Source of the DNA: Candidatus Altiarchaeota archaeon
Lineage (GTDB): Archaea > SpSt-1190
Assembly: GCA_018220935.1 (NCBI GenBank)
Contig: JAAOXU010000002.1
Span: 7,664-71,663, forward strand
Direction: 5' to 3'
Length of the DNA: 64,000 nt
Part shown: piece after piece, positions 54,189 through 63,206 of the stretch
How positions within the stretch are numbered: the first letter of the stretch is position 1
Layout: every line of letters begins with the position of its first letter
Position numbers and translations under genes: made by a program
The notes under the pieces: generated by a model
What the model saw: the letters and a program-made list of their open reading frames with translations, nothing else
Database searches by the model: none
What the model was told of the DNA's origin: nothing

Positions 54189-54842
54189 ATGGAACTCAAA
54201 CACAAAGTTGTACTAATAACCGGATCAAGTGTGGGTATTGGGGCTGAAGCTGCTAAGTTGTTTTCATCTGAAGGTTCACAAGTTATTTTGACTTACAAAA
54301 AAAATAAGAGTGAAGGGGAAAAATTGGCTAGTGAAATTAATGCAAAACTAATTCAACTTGATGTTTCAAATAAAGAGTCAATTGATGCTTTAGTAAAAAC
54401 AGTGATTAGTGAATTTAATCATATAGATATTTTGGTAAATAATGCTGGAGTATTAACTTGGAAAAAATTACTTGATCAGAGTGATGAGGAACTAAAAGAT
54501 CAGGTTTTGACTAATTTACTTGGATTAATTAGAGTCACAAAAGCTGTATTACCTCATCTTAAGGGTATGATAATCAATATAGCCAGTGGTGCTGGTAAAA
54601 CCGGTTTTGGGGGGTTATCTCCATATTGTGCTACAAAGTTTGGTGTTAGGGGATTTACTCAAAGTATGGCTAAAGAAATTGATTTACCTCTATATTGCGT
54701 GAATCCTGGGATGACTGCGACTCGAATGACAAATTACAAGGGAATTGAACCAAAAAAAGTAGGACAAGTTATACTAAATACAGCTAAAGAAACTTTAAGC
54801 AAAAAAAGTGGGGATGATGTTGATGTTTGGGATTACTACTAG
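54189..54842 (+). CDS. Short-chain dehydrogenase/reductase (SDR)
   Basis: TGSSVGIG, NNAG, S..YCATK catalytic tetrad elements. Confidence 0.85.
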   Translation: MELKHKVVLITGSSVGIGAEAAKLFSSEGSQVILTYKKNKSEGEKLASEINAKLIQLDVSNKESIDALVKTVISEFNHIDILVNNAGVLTWKKLLDQSDEELKDQVLTNLLGLIRVTKAVLPHLKGMIINIASGAGKTGFGGLSPYCATKFGVRGFTQSMAKEIDLPLYCVNPGMTATRMTNYKGIEPKKVGQVILNTAKETLSKKSGDDVDVWDYY

Positions 54843-56053
54843 TTTATTTCCAAATAACTTTCATCCAGTGAACCTAGAATTATTTGTCTACTCTCGTCAT
54901 CAACATAATTTCCAAAGCTAAAACTACCATTTCCATTAGTTGTAACGTGTCTTGAAAGTTCTTGTTGGAATCTATGATAAAATAAGCTTTCTCTATCTTC
55001 TTTAGAATCCATCTTTCTTACACTATTATCCTCACTAAATAAATCCCTTGCAACTTTGTGAGCTATTGCATAAATTAATGGGACTCGTTTGTGTGGGTGA
55101 TGTCCTATCCCTTGTGGGGTTTCTAGATAAAATGCACCTGGGTTAAATTCATCATCATCTGTCTTAAAAGATAATTGATCGTCGTTATTGTAGATAACTA
55201 ATCTATCAATTCCCCCAGTAATGTCTTCTCCGTTTCCTATTTGCTCAACTAACTTTTTGTGATATTTCTCTATTGCAGTTATGGATTTGTATAAGTCCTT
55301 ATTTGGGATCTCAACTTTTCTAGTCATATGAATTTCTTTTTCTTCTGCTTCTTTAGCGTGTTTTTTTGCATAAGTTCTTGTTGCTTTTTCTGCTACATTT
55401 AAAATCCTGTCAGGGACAAACCTAGCAATTCTTTTTATCAGTTTAATCTTACCTGCAAATGCAGTATTCTCTGGATTATATACTGGTGAAGATAAAATCA
55501 CACCAACTGACTTATCATTTAATTTTGAACCTTCAATTGCCATTGGTGCATGAGCAGAATTAGCCGTCCAAATTATCTTACCGTCAATTTGTGGTATAAT
55601 CTCTGAATCCCCACTGTAAAGATATTCAACTACTTCTCCAATTGCTTTTGCAAAGTTTTCCATAGTTGCTTTTTTCCTATTCATAGTTGAACCATAATGA
55701 CCTGGAGTGTTAGGTGTAAATATCCAATCATAGGTATGTTCGAGCATATGATCTTTCATTTTAAAAAACGTTCTAAGACTTGAAGTTACTCCATGTTCAG
55801 CTACAAGTCCGTGACCGTGTGTTTTCTCACTATCCTTTTTTCTATAAAGGGAGCCAACAATTTCAAAACCATCTTCAGTTCTAAATTTTATTGAATATTG
55901 TTCTATTTCTCCACCATATACTGAGTATGTGTTCTCTTCTTTTTGCACTTCAAGGACTTGTTTGTCCTCTGGTTGTGCCCACTCTAATAGTGACTCTAAC
56001 TCAGTCATTTGATAATTTTGCTTATGGAGTATATAAGTATTGTCGTGTAACAT
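54839..56053 (-). CDS. Hypothetical protein (possible alpha/beta-hydrolase fold, weak)
   Basis: 404-aa ORF. HG..-type and ..NSAHA.. segments are only loosely hydrolase-like. Confidence 0.35.
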   Translation of the reverse strand: MLHDNTYILHKQNYQMTELESLLEWAQPEDKQVLEVQKEENTYSVYGGEIEQYSIKFRTEDGFEIVGSLYRKKDSEKTHGHGLVAEHGVTSSLRTFFKMKDHMLEHTYDWIFTPNTPGHYGSTMNRKKATMENFAKAIGEVVEYLYSGDSEIIPQIDGKIIWTANSAHAPMAIEGSKLNDKSVGVILSSPVYNPENTAFAGKIKLIKRIARFVPDRILNVAEKATRTYAKKHAKEAEEKEIHMTRKVEIPNKDLYKSITAIEKYHKKLVEQIGNGEDITGGIDRLVIYNNDDQLSFKTDDDEFNPGAFYLETPQGIGHHPHKRVPLIYAIAHKVARDLFSEDNSVRKMDSKEDRESLFYHRFQQELSRHVTTNGNGSFSFGNYVDDESRQIILGSLDESYLEIN

Positions 56054-56107
56054 TTAGACAACTGCCGATATGACTTTTAAACTAATCTCAAAATTTACTA
56101 AGAATGT

Positions 56108-56737
56108 CTACTTCTTGTTTTCTTTTGCATACTCTTGGTATGAATAATACAATAGATAGAGGGTCAAAGTAAGAATCATTACAACAAACCACAACATTTT
56201 TTCAGGGAATATTACAAAAATCAAAGTAAAAACAGCCATGTATTTGAATAATTTAGCTCCAAGTTCGTGGGTTTTTTTCCAAACTTTTTTGCTACTAAGA
56301 GTCCAAGGGGTTCTAATACCAATAAACCAAGTCTGTTCGCTGTGTTTTAGTAAGTCTGAAACTTGCCAAAATAAAACTGCAAGTGCTGGAATAATAAGGC
56401 GTGTAACATCAATTAGAAATCCCATATTGTATGCGAGAGTAAGTACGTGAACATATAGTAAAAATGCAATTATTTGTTCAATAAACTTATGATACTGTGT
56501 TTCAAATTTTTTGAGATTTTTCTTTAATGGGTCAAGTTTTGGAATGATTCTCATAAGAGCATACATAAAAATTGCCATTATTGGCATCAAGAACAATCCG
56601 AATGTTTTTGAGGAGTATCCATTAACTTCTCCCTTTGCATTCCAGTGAGTTGCTAAAGTGTCGGGGAGTTTTGGATATGCGAGTATACTGACTAAAAAGC
56701 CAAGTGCAATCATTAGGTGTATTAATTTGATCTTCAC
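56108..56737 (-). CDS. DUF1648/SdpI-family membrane protein
   Basis: LPDTLATHWNAKGEVNGYSSK (DUF1648 motif), followed by SdpI/YhfL-like TM helices. Confidence 0.6.
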   Translation of the reverse strand: MKIKLIHLMIALGFLVSILAYPKLPDTLATHWNAKGEVNGYSSKTFGLFLMPIMAIFMYALMRIIPKLDPLKKNLKKFETQYHKFIEQIIAFLLYVHVLTLAYNMGFLIDVTRLIIPALAVLFWQVSDLLKHSEQTWFIGIRTPWTLSSKKVWKKTHELGAKLFKYMAVFTLIFVIFPEKMLWFVVMILTLTLYLLYYSYQEYAKENKK

Positions 56738-56785
56738 AATACACTTGGTTTTTTGGTCTAATTAAGCATTTATAGCCCTTCCAAT

Positions 56786-57550
56786 TTGATTTGTGTGGAT
56801 GAACTAAAGGTGGCAATTAAGGCCGCTAAACAAGCAGAAAAAATAGCAAATGAATATTGGGGCGAGCTAGCTTCAAGGAAAGCAGATAATTCTCCTGTTA
56901 CTATTGCTGATACTTTGGCAGAAGACGTAATAAGAAAAACTATTTTAGAAGAGTTTCCAGATCACTCAATTTTAGGTGAAGAAAAAGGCAAGTCTGGTGA
57001 ATCTGAATATGTGTGGATAATTGATCCAATTGATGGGACTTTATTTTATTCTAGGGGTATGAAATATTTTTCAACATTAATTTCTTTAATGAAAAAAGAT
57101 GAACTTGTGTTGGGTGTGTCTAATGCACCAAAGCTTGATGAACTTATGTATGCCAAAAAAGGGGAGGGGGCTTACCTTAATGGAAAAAAAATTAAAGTTT
57201 CAAAAGTCTCAAAATTTGAAGACTCCGTGGTTTTTCACAGTAGTGTTGCATCATTTTCTAAAACCAAAAAACTGACTAATCTAGAAGCTTTAGGCCTAAA
57301 TGTGTGGAGAACTGTAGGGTATGCTAACTTACTTGGCTCACATGCAATCGCAACTGGGGGTGTTGAAGGCTTTGTTGGTGCTAAATTAAAAATTTGGGAT
57401 ATTGCAGCTTTAGCAGTAATAGTTGAGGAAGCAGGGGGTCGTGCAACAGAACTAGGTGGTGGGGCGTTAACACTTGATTCAACCTCTGCAATCCTGACAA
57501 ATGGGTTAATTCATGATAATTTGTTGAATTTCTTTAGTAAGTCCTTGTAA
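56786..57550 (+). CDS. suhB: Inositol monophosphatase / FBPase-family phosphatase
   Basis: ILGEE, WIIDPIDGT, WDIAA motifs. Confidence 0.8.
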   Translation: MICVDELKVAIKAAKQAEKIANEYWGELASRKADNSPVTIADTLAEDVIRKTILEEFPDHSILGEEKGKSGESEYVWIIDPIDGTLFYSRGMKYFSTLISLMKKDELVLGVSNAPKLDELMYAKKGEGAYLNGKKIKVSKVSKFEDSVVFHSSVASFSKTKKLTNLEALGLNVWRTVGYANLLGSHAIATGGVEGFVGAKLKIWDIAALAVIVEEAGGRATELGGGALTLDSTSAILTNGLIHDNLLNFFSKSL

Positions 57551-57565
57551 AACGGGGAAGTAATC

Positions 57566-57575
57566 GTTTTAAATT
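57566..57575 (+). promoter_or_regulatory. TATA-like box for rpl29-sui1-rnp1
   Basis: GTTTTAAATT is centred ~24 nt upstream of GTG 57594. Confidence 0.4.
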
Positions 57576-57593
57576 GACAGTTTGTTGTGACTT

Positions 57594-57782
57594 GTGAAAA
57601 ACAAAGAGCTTAAGGCTATGTCAAAGGGAAAATTAGTGGATGAACTAAAGAATTCCAGGCTTGAACTTATGAAAATCAAGACCAAAAAGAAACTCGGAAC
57701 CGCGGAGAAACCAAGTATGGTAAAAAATGCCAAAAAGCGCGTTGCAAAAGTATTGACATTCCTTAACCAAAAGGTGAATTAA
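57594..57782 (+). CDS. rpl29: Ribosomal protein uL29
   Basis: ..ELKAMSKGKLVDELKNSRLELMKIK.. Confidence 0.85.
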   Translation: MKNKELKAMSKGKLVDELKNSRLELMKIKTKKKLGTAEKPSMVKNAKKRVAKVLTFLNQKVN

Positions 57783-58085
57783 TTGACTGATGATTTTCTA
57801 AAATCTGCAGGATTACCTGATGAACTCTGGGAAACTATTGCAAAGGAAAAGCAAAATATTCTAGTTAGAACTGAAAGACGACGCTGGGGAAAATATGTTA
57901 CTATTGTTGAAGGCTTTGATAAATCAGTTGATGCTAAAAAAATATCAAAAGATCTGAAGACTAAGCTCGCATGCGGTGGTACTTACAAAGATGGTCGAAT
58001 TGAACTTCAAGGGGATCACCGAAAACAAGTTGGAAAAGTATTGACGAGTTTAGGTTTTCCAAAAGAAAGTATTGATGTGAAATGA
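57783..58085 (+). CDS. sui1: Translation initiation factor aIF1 (SUI1)
   Basis: ..GKYVTIVEGFD..LKTKLACGGTYKDGRIELQGDHR.. Confidence 0.9.
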   Translation: MTDDFLKSAGLPDELWETIAKEKQNILVRTERRRWGKYVTIVEGFDKSVDAKKISKDLKTKLACGGTYKDGRIELQGDHRKQVGKVLTSLGFPKESIDVK

Positions 58086-58375
58086 TTATCGAAGATGAGC
58101 TAATTGGGCTCTCCGTTTTAATTGAGACTTCAACAGATCCAAAAAAACACGGCATTGCTGGTCGAGTAGTTGACGAGACAAAAAACATGTTAACAATTGA
58201 TACTAAAGATGGCATAAAAAAAGTTGCAAAAGGTGAATGTGATTTTGTTTTCATGTATATGGGTGAACAAATTCAGGTTGAGGGCAAGTTAATTATGGGA
58301 AGACCTGAAGACAGAATAAAAAAAGGTAAACACTGGTCAAAAAAGTGGAGACTTCCAAAATTCTTTTTCAAATAA
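58082..58375 (+). CDS. rnp1: RNase P protein component 1 (Rpp29/Pop4)
   Basis: ..LIGLSVLIETSTDPKKHGIAGRVVDETKNMLTI.., in the conserved position before rps17. Confidence 0.8.
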   Translation: MIIEDELIGLSVLIETSTDPKKHGIAGRVVDETKNMLTIDTKDGIKKVAKGECDFVFMYMGEQIQVEGKLIMGRPEDRIKKGKHWSKKWRLPKFFFK

Positions 58376-58396
58376 AAAGTACGGCCTCTTTATTTT

Positions 58397-58858
58397 TTAA
58401 TAAGTTTCCCCTTTTATTTTTTTATACTTACTAAGAAGTTCAAGACATTCCATTGACAAAAAGTCCCCTTCAATTTCAATTTTTAAATTTCCTAAAAACT
58501 TTAGTGTAAAATCCTTAATTGGCATCTCATTAAAACCTAATTTAGCAACATCTTCAATTTTAGTACCAAAAACTACCTTATCAATTTTAGCCCAGTGAAT
58601 GGCAGAAAAACACATGGGACACGGTTCAGTTGTTGAATAGATTACACAACCAGACATATCTTTTCCTAATTTTTTTGATGCGGCCCTTATGGCATTAATT
58701 TCTGCGTGTGCAGTTGGATCTCGAGAAAACAATACGGTATTATGAGCCTTAGCAATAATTTTATCATCTCTTACAATAACAGCACCAAATGGACCTCCGT
58801 CTTTAGCTTTTATGCCACTAGTTGCTTCTTTAATTGCTTCTCTCATAAATTCTTCCAC
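58397..58858 (-). CDS. CMP/dCMP-type zinc deaminase (guanine deaminase/TadA-like)
   Basis: HAEINAI and PCPMC zinc-binding motifs. Confidence 0.8.
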   Translation of the reverse strand: MEEFMREAIKEATSGIKAKDGGPFGAVIVRDDKIIAKAHNTVLFSRDPTAHAEINAIRAASKKLGKDMSGCVIYSTTEPCPMCFSAIHWAKIDKVVFGTKIEDVAKLGFNEMPIKDFTLKFLGNLKIEIEGDFLSMECLELLSKYKKIKGETY

Positions 58859-59060
58859 ATTATTTTCTTAACTGAATACAAATAAAGTTTTCTAAAAAAT
58901 TTTACTTATAAAGGTGTAATCGTTAAAAACTCAAACTTTAAGTCTAGATTACTCAGATTACCTATTTGGCTTCAAATTCTCCTTATTTTTATTAAAATAA
59001 GGCATTTTGGTCCATTTTACCCTAAAAAGGCATTGAGTTACTTAAAGTTACCAATAGGAA

Positions 59061-59070
59061 TATATTTAAA
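59061..59070 (+). promoter_or_regulatory. TATA-like box for the rps17-...-rps5 operon
   Basis: TATATTTAAA is centred ~28 nt upstream of ATG 59093. Confidence 0.45.
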
Positions 59071-59092
59071 AACCCTTTTCCGTGTCAAAGGT

Positions 59093-59371
59093 ATGGATAG
59101 CAATAGGCCCATAGCTGTTAGGGGACAAACCTTTACTGGTAAAGTAATTAAGGCTAATTCCCCAAATTCAGCCGTCGTTGAATGGGACCGAATCGTGAAG
59201 GTAAAAAAATACGATAGGGCCTACAAAACTAGTTCAAAAGTTCTAGCTCACGTTCCAAAGGGAATGCGTGTTAGAGTCGGAGATCATGTTAAAATTGGCG
59301 AGACAAGAAAATTGTCCCGTGCTAAATCCTTTGTTATAGTGGAGATTACAAACGATGGTAAGAAGAATTAA
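59093..59371 (+). CDS. rps17: Ribosomal protein uS17
   Basis: ..RGQTFTGKVIKA..VGDHVKIGETRKLSRAKSF.. I place the start at ATG 59093 because the track's TTG at 59033 would cover the TATA box. Confidence 0.85.
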   Translation: MDSNRPIAVRGQTFTGKVIKANSPNSAVVEWDRIVKVKKYDRAYKTSSKVLAHVPKGMRVRVGDHVKIGETRKLSRAKSFVIVEITNDGKKN

Positions 59372-59396
59372 GACTGTTTTGAAAAGACCTCCTAGG

Positions 59397-59780
59397 ATGA
59401 GGACAATTAGAGCTTTGCCTAGTAAGGCTAAGATGCCAGCAGTATGTAACTCTGGTGCAAAAATTGTTGAAGTAATCTCAGTCATTGGATACAAAGCTAC
59501 ACGAGGTCAACAACCTTCAGCCACTATTGGTGATATGGTTGTAGCTTCAGTGAAAAAGGGAAGTCCTGATTTGAAGAAAAAAGTAGTTCGTGCCATTATT
59601 GTCCAGACTAAACAAAAGTTTAGAAGGATTGATGGTAATTTTGTTCACTTTGAGCAGAATGGGGCTGTTGTAGTGGATGAGGATGGTAACCCTAAGGGAA
59701 CTGAAATCAAGAGCCCAGTTGCAAGAGAGGCAGTTGATAGATGGCCTGGTTTAGGTAAGATTGCAAGTATGGTGGTATAA
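59397..59780 (+). CDS. rpl14: Ribosomal protein uL14
   Basis: MRTIRALPSKAKMPAVCNSGAKIVEVISV... I prefer ATG 59397 to the track start at 59355, which overlaps rps17. Confidence 0.85.
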   Translation: MRTIRALPSKAKMPAVCNSGAKIVEVISVIGYKATRGQQPSATIGDMVVASVKKGSPDLKKKVVRAIIVQTKQKFRRIDGNFVHFEQNGAVVVDEDGNPKGTEIKSPVAREAVDRWPGLGKIASMVV

Positions 59781-59781
59781 G

Positions 59782-60063
59782 TTGAAAGGAATAAATTCAA
59801 GACTGGGTGAGGAACTTCGAACTAAGTATAAGAAGAGAAATACACCCATTAGAACTGGAGACAAGGTCAAAGTAAAAGTTGGTCAGTTCAAAGGTAACAT
59901 TGGAAAAGTCTTGAGTGTAATTAGTTCCGGTCATGTTACTGTTGAGGGTCTTGAGAGATCTAAAGCAGACGGAAGTAAAATTCACGCAAAAATTCACGCA
60001 AGTAATGTTCAAATAATTGAGTTAGTTGAAGATAAATGGAGAAAAAAAATACTTAAGAGGTAA
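59782..60063 (+). CDS. rpl24: Ribosomal protein uL24 (short form)
   Basis: KOW motif ..IRTGDKVKVKVGQFKGNIGKVLSV.. The start is uncertain (in-frame TTG at 59782, just after the rpl14 stop). Confidence 0.75.
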   Translation: MKGINSRLGEELRTKYKKRNTPIRTGDKVKVKVGQFKGNIGKVLSVISSGHVTVEGLERSKADGSKIHAKIHASNVQIIELVEDKWRKKILKR

Positions 60064-60068
60064 AAAAA

Positions 60069-60758
60069 ATGATTAGACACTTAAAACGGGTTGTGAGTCC
60101 AAAGTTTTGGCGAGCAGGTAGAAAGAATTTCCTGTGGATAACACATCCAAATCCAGGACCACATGCAGCAAGAAGCTCAATCCCACTTCAAGTATTAGTT
60201 AGAGATGTATTGAAATTGACAAAGACGGGGCGCGAAGCTAGGGCGGTAATTAGAGCTGGCCAAGTTTTTGTTGATGGAGTAAGACGAAAGGAACACAAAT
60301 TCCCTGTAGGCTTACTTGACGTCATTGATTTTCCTGCCCTCAAGAAACAGTACAGAGCCGTTCCGTACGAAAAAGGCTTGAAGGTAGTTGAGATATCCGC
60401 CGCCGACGCGAAGCTGAAACCTATTCGAGTTATATCGAAGCAGCTTGTGAGTGGTGGAAAAACTCAAGTTACGACCCACGATGGCCGTAACTTTTTGGGT
60501 GCGTCCGCCAAAGTTGGCGACACCCTCCTAATCGAAAATAACAAGATCAAGAAAATTTTAGAAATGAAACCTGGTCAACTTTGTTTAGTCTTTAGGGGAA
60601 GACAAGCAGGTCGTATGGGTAAGTTACTAAAATTTGAAGGATCTGCACAAAATCAAGGTCTAGCTCAGCTAGAAGGAAATAAAGATGTTTTTGAAGCCCC
60701 TGTAAGCTACATTATGGTAGTTGGGGAAACAAAACCAGTGGTGAGTGTAAATGCATAG
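60069..60758 (+). CDS. rps4e: Ribosomal protein eS4
   Basis: MIRHLKRVVSPKFWRAGRKNFLWITHPNPGPH.. Confidence 0.9.
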   Translation: MIRHLKRVVSPKFWRAGRKNFLWITHPNPGPHAARSSIPLQVLVRDVLKLTKTGREARAVIRAGQVFVDGVRRKEHKFPVGLLDVIDFPALKKQYRAVPYEKGLKVVEISAADAKLKPIRVISKQLVSGGKTQVTTHDGRNFLGASAKVGDTLLIENNKIKKILEMKPGQLCLVFRGRQAGRMGKLLKFEGSAQNQGLAQLEGNKDVFEAPVSYIMVVGETKPVVSVNA

Positions 60759-61251
60759 TCCAAGAATTGAGAAGGTTACAGTAAATATTGGTGCTGGAGA
60801 GGGTGGTGCCAAGTTAGAGAAAGCTGTAAAGCTTTTACAAAAATTAACTGGAAACAAACCAGTAAAAACTAAGACTATGAAAAGAATCCCAACCTTTGGT
60901 GTGAGACCTCGAATGTTTGTTGGAACTCTAGTAACTTTACGAGGTGAAAGTGCTCACGATTTCTTAAAGCGTGCTTTGGCTGCTAAAGGTAATAAACTAA
61001 AAATAAAATCAATTGATAAATTTGGTAATTTTTCATTTGGTATTAAAGAATATATTGATATTCCAAAAGTAAGATATGATCCAGAGATTGGAGTGTTTGG
61101 TATGGATGTTTGCGTTACTATGGGAAAACCTGGATACAGAGTCAAAAGGAGACGCGTTAAAACATCAAAAGTTGGTAAAGCTCAATTAGTTACAAAAGAG
61201 GATGCAATTGTGTACCTCAAGGAAAATTTCGGTGTAGAGGTGGACAAATGA
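60751..61251 (+). CDS. rpl5: Ribosomal protein uL5
   Basis: ..[14 protein letters not shown].. ..[24 protein letters not shown].. Confidence 0.9.
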   Translation: MHSPRIEKVTVNIGAGEGGAKLEKAVKLLQKLTGNKPVKTKTMKRIPTFGVRPRMFVGTLVTLRGESAHDFLKRALAAKGNKLKIKSIDKFGNFSFGIKEYIDIPKVRYDPEIGVFGMDVCVTMGKPGYRVKRRRVKTSKVGKAQLVTKEDAIVYLKENFGVEVDK

Positions 61252-61484
61252 AATCTAAGATGGTAAAAAAATCAAGGCTACAAGAACTTCGTGATCAATA
61301 TGGTCAAAAGCATGTTAAAAGAACAACTATAATTCAAAGGCTAAAAAGAAAGTTTGGTATAGGGTCAAGAAGATGCTCAAGCTGTGGAAGCTATGGCAGC
61401 CACTTAAGAGTATATAGTCTTGGAATGTGCCGACAGTGCTTTAGAGAGAATGCACCAAAATTAGGATTTAAGAAATACGGGTGA
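61248..61484 (+). CDS. rps14: Ribosomal protein uS14 (zinc-ribbon type) with an N-terminal extension
   Basis: C-terminal ..[34 protein letters not shown]. 78 aa as the ORF is drawn. Confidence 0.8.
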   Translation: MKSKMVKKSRLQELRDQYGQKHVKRTTIIQRLKRKFGIGSRRCSSCGSYGSHLRVYSLGMCRQCFRENAPKLGFKKYG

Positions 61485-61491
61485 AAAAAAT

Positions 61492-61881
61492 ATGTTAAAT
61501 GATACATTAGCAAATCTGTTGAGTTCAGTAAAAAATGCTGAGAGGAGTGGTAAGAATGGACTTCTTTACAATCCTGTTAGTAAGTTGTCTACTAGTGTAC
61601 TTATGATTATGAAAAATGGTGGATATGTTGATGACTTTGAGGCGATCCAAGATGGGAAAGGTGGAATTTACAAAATTAAGTTGACTAAAAAAATCAATGA
61701 TTGTAATGCTATTAAGCCACGTTTTCCTGTTACCAAAGATAACTTTACTAAGTGGGAAAAGAGGTTCTTACCTGCACAAGGTTTTGGTATTATTATTCTT
61801 AGTACAAGTCAAGGAGTTATTACTCACACTGAAGCTAAAAAGAAAGGTATTGGAGGTAGACTACTAGCTTATGTCTACTGA
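61492..61881 (+). CDS. rps8: Ribosomal protein uS8
   Basis: MLNDTLANLLSSVKNAE.. ..ILSTSQGVITHTEAKKKGIGGRLLAYVY. Confidence 0.9.
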   Translation: MLNDTLANLLSSVKNAERSGKNGLLYNPVSKLSTSVLMIMKNGGYVDDFEAIQDGKGGIYKIKLTKKINDCNAIKPRFPVTKDNFTKWEKRFLPAQGFGIIILSTSQGVITHTEAKKKGIGGRLLAYVY

Positions 61882-61902
61882 GCAAAAAAAACTGGTGAAA
61901 AA

Positions 61903-62436
61903 ATGAGAGCAGAAATCGAAATTACGGAAGGGGCAAAAGTTGAAGTTAAAGGTAAAGTGATTACTCTCACAGGTCCTTTAGGAACTTTAACTAGAGATTA
62001 CACTCATATGCCTCTAGTTAGTTTTTCTGTTAAAGATAACCTTGTAATTATTGAGACTCCAAGGGAAAGAAGACAAGACAAGATGTTTTTGAATACTGCC
62101 AAGTCACACGTATCAAATATGATTACAGGTGTAACAAAAGGATACAAATACGAACTTGAAATTGTTCATGTTCACTTTCCTATCAGAGTTAACGTTAAAG
62201 GTAATGATATTGTAGTTGAGAACTTCCTTGGTAGTAAGGTCCCAAGAAAATCATGGAAGTATGAGGATGTTACTGTTAAAGTTAATGGTAAACAAGTTAG
62301 TGTTGAAGGCTTGAATAAAGAGCATGTGGGACAAACATCAGCTAATCTTGAACACCTAACACATGTTAGGGACAAAGATAGACGTGTATTCAAAGACGGC
62401 GTATATCTAACAAATAGAGGTCATATCAATGAGTAA
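61903..62436 (+). CDS. rpl6: Ribosomal protein uL6
   Basis: Two-domain uL6 pattern: ..VKGKVITLTGPLG.. ..GYKYELEIVHVHFPI.. Confidence 0.9.
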   Translation: MRAEIEITEGAKVEVKGKVITLTGPLGTLTRDYTHMPLVSFSVKDNLVIIETPRERRQDKMFLNTAKSHVSNMITGVTKGYKYELEIVHVHFPIRVNVKGNDIVVENFLGSKVPRKSWKYEDVTVKVNGKQVSVEGLNKEHVGQTSANLEHLTHVRDKDRRVFKDGVYLTNRGHINE

Positions 62437-62788
62437 GGACTTTAAGAGACAGGAACATTGGAAGTACAAGAGCCTTGGCACTAAATGGCGAAAGGCTAGA
62501 GGTGCTAAAAATCCATATAAAGAAGGTAGGGGTGCTGGTAAGCCAGCAACACCGTCAGCAGGTTATAGAAGTCCAAGAGCTACTCGTGGTAAGCATCCAA
62601 GTGGTCTAATTGAAGTTAGAGTATTTAGGCCTAAGGACTTAGAAGGATTGTCCAAAGAGACTAACATTGTCCGAATTGCAGGAACTGTTGGTGCAAAAAA
62701 GCGAATTGATATATTCAAAAAGGCCAGGGAAACTGGCATAAGGGTGATACAAAATGAACCTAAAAGTTCAGAAAAGAATAGCGGGTGA
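62429..62788 (+). CDS. rpl32e: Ribosomal protein eL32
   Basis: ..RQEHWKYKSLGTKWRKARG.. ..GYRSPRATRGKHPSG.. Confidence 0.85.
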   Translation: MSKDFKRQEHWKYKSLGTKWRKARGAKNPYKEGRGAGKPATPSAGYRSPRATRGKHPSGLIEVRVFRPKDLEGLSKETNIVRIAGTVGAKKRIDIFKKARETGIRVIQNEPKSSEKNSG

Positions 62789-63206
62789 ATTGCTTAAGTG
62801 TGGTAAGGACAGAGTCTGGTTTAATCCAGATGAGTTGTCATCTATAGCTAAAGCCATAACAAGACAAGATATTCGAGGCCTAATGAATAAAGGCTTAATC
62901 AAGAAGAAGCAAGATAAGGGAGTTAGTCGAGGACGTGCTCGTGAAATCATGGCAAAAAAGAAAAAGGGCCGAAGAGTTGGTGCGGGAAGTAGAAAGGGTA
63001 CTAAGTATGCAAGATTCCCTAAAAAGGATAGATGGATGCTAAAGATTCGTGCACAACGAAAAGTTCTAAAAACTTTACGTGACGCAGGAGAAGTAACAAG
63101 AAGCCTGTACCGGAGACTGTACCTTATGGCAAAGGGTGGAGTATTTAGAAGTAAAAATCACATGGGTGGTATCATATTACAAATTAAGGAGAGGGAGAGT
63201 AAATGA
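62754..63206 (+). CDS. rpl19e: Ribosomal protein eL19
   Basis: MNLKVQKRIAGELLKCGKDRVWFNP.. Confidence 0.9.
   Translation: MNLKVQKRIAGELLKCGKDRVWFNPDELSSIAKAITRQDIRGLMNKGLIKKKQDKGVSRGRAREIMAKKKKGRRVGAGSRKGTKYARFPKKDRWMLKIRAQRKVLKTLRDAGEVTRSLYRRLYLMAKGGVFRSKNHMGGIILQIKERESK

Noticed and set aside
59033-59092. N-terminal extensions of uS17 (from TTG 59033) and uL14 (from 59355) as drawn in the ORF track
   Set aside because: The extension of uS17 would cover the TATA-like box and is not uS17-like. The uL14 extension overlaps rps17. Internal ATGs at 59093 and 59397 give canonical N-termini.
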